A stretch of DNA of 64,000 nt from Paraspadella gotoi (taxonomy: Eukaryota > Animalia > Chaetognatha), in contig CM119267.1 of NCBI GenBank assembly GCA_051294375.1, positions 18,757,439-18,821,438 of the forward strand, in the 5' to 3' direction. How positions within the stretch are numbered: position 1 is the first letter of the stretch; each line of letters opens with the position of its first letter. Below, in pieces: positions 62,733 to 64,000 of this stretch. A program made the translations under genes and the position numbers. The notes under the pieces are model-generated. The model saw only the letters and a list, made by a program, of their open reading frames with translations, made no database searches and had not been told where the DNA came from.

Positions 62733-63306
62733 AGAGGAGAGAGAGATAATGAGACAGAAGGGAAAAAAGAAAAAGTATAGCAAAATCGAAAGTCAAACCA
62801 GAAAGCAGAGAAACCAGAATTATATCTAATAAAACGAAAGTTCCTGTCATTAGATTGGTAAAATTACTATGTTAAAACAGTTTTTTTTTCGATCAAATTA
62901 ACAAAATAATCTAAAATAGTAATTCGGACTGAAATCATTTTCTCCCTCCCTCTCACTCCTCCTCCTCCTCTTTCCAAAGAGACAAAAAGACAAACGGGCG
63001 AGTGTCACGTGACCCAAGCGCGCAACGTCTGCCAGCGTCGGTGACGTCACGTGATCGACGATCTGCTATGCCAACAACAACCCGAGAAATTTTTTTATTT
63101 TTTATTTCTCCTCCATCCAATGGACGGGCCGTTCCCTTCCGGGCAAAAAAAAAGAGATTGACCGCGTGGAATCTCTCGTGGCAGGTGGACTCGGGAGAGG
63201 GACTCAATGAAGGCCGTTGACGGGCGATGGTTTTTGGGCTAGGGAGATGGGGAGATGGGACAGAGGGATATGATTGAAGGGTTTAATGGGGGAGTGAAGG
63301 ACGAAG

Positions 63307-63365
<59 letters not shown>

Positions 63366-64000
63366 AGGAAGAGAGAGAAAAATGAGAGAGAGAGAGAGAG
63401 AGACAGAGTTTCCACCCCTCCGAGTCTGACCTTCGGAGGGAACTTGGTGAGGATATTCTCACGGTTTTTTGATCGAAATAGATCCAACCAATGCCTAATA
63501 TTTTAATTTTGAATGTCAATTTTGGAAGTTTCTCTTTTCGCTCTCATCTCTCTCTCCTCTCTCTCTCTCAATCTCTTCATCTCCTTCTACCAAGTCCTCT
63601 CTCGTCCATCTCTCATCTCTCTCTCTTTTTTTCTCCTCGAGGCTAAAACAACAACATAAACCATAAAAAGTGGAAGAATACTGAATAAGTTCCAACCTTT
63701 GACCCATTCGCGGAGTCGAGCCACAGTTGGGGGGGGAAGAGTGGAGCCTAGGAAATGCTGTTTCTCGAAAGGGGGGGTGGGGGTCTGTAAGAAGAGGGTG
63801 GAGAGTTTACTGTGTTGACGAACTAAAGAGAGATCCCTTATTCTGAGAAATACGAGGGAGAGAAAAACTAGGAAAGAAAATAAGACGAAGAAGAAAACGA
63901 GCTCGGAGCTTATAATATTTTAACGTTGTTTCCTTTTCTTTCTTTTTTTTGAAAGGGGTTTCACCGTTCAGCGTGAAGGTGGCGAGTGGGGTATGGGAGT
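61495..64000 (-). repeat. Inverted duplicate: 61495-63228 matches 53683-55412, and 63230-64000 matches about 48790-49545
   Basis: Direct reverse-complement matches, for example GGGTCACGTGACACTCGCCC, GGATTGGTACTCAACCGAAAAT and CCCATCTCCCCATCTCCCTAGCCCAAAA. Confidence 0.9.

Overview
Eukaryotic (metazoan, probably arthropod-like) genomic scaffold with short GC/CpG-rich exons in AT-rich, (AG)n/(AAT)n-laden introns and six N-gaps. Most ORFs in the supplied track are microsatellite noise. Five spliced protein genes can be rebuilt by hand: (1) the 3' part of an ADAMTS-like THSD4/ADAMTSL6-type gene (+, 562-10696); (2) a secreted sushi/CCP x3 + EGF gene (-, 23784 to 11828, with no 3' end found); (3) a long XK-related multipass membrane protein (+, 26821-29338); (4) a type II C-type-lectin x3 + SRCR receptor (-, 34778-31517); (5) an AMPK gamma-like CBS x4 gene (-, 42969-37007). 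The most unusual observation is a cluster of tRNA-Gly(GCC) genes lying antisense in an AMPK-gamma intron, each with a different 18-nt canonical 37/38 intron. Also notable are an SRCR domain apparently inserted inside the third lectin domain, a CCA-bearing tRNA-Leu 3' fragment after an LTR-like segment, and GC-AG introns. From about 48 kb on, the window is dominated by indel-rich tandem and inverted duplicates that look largely like long-read gap-filling artefacts. No database searches were run; all calls come from reading the sequence.
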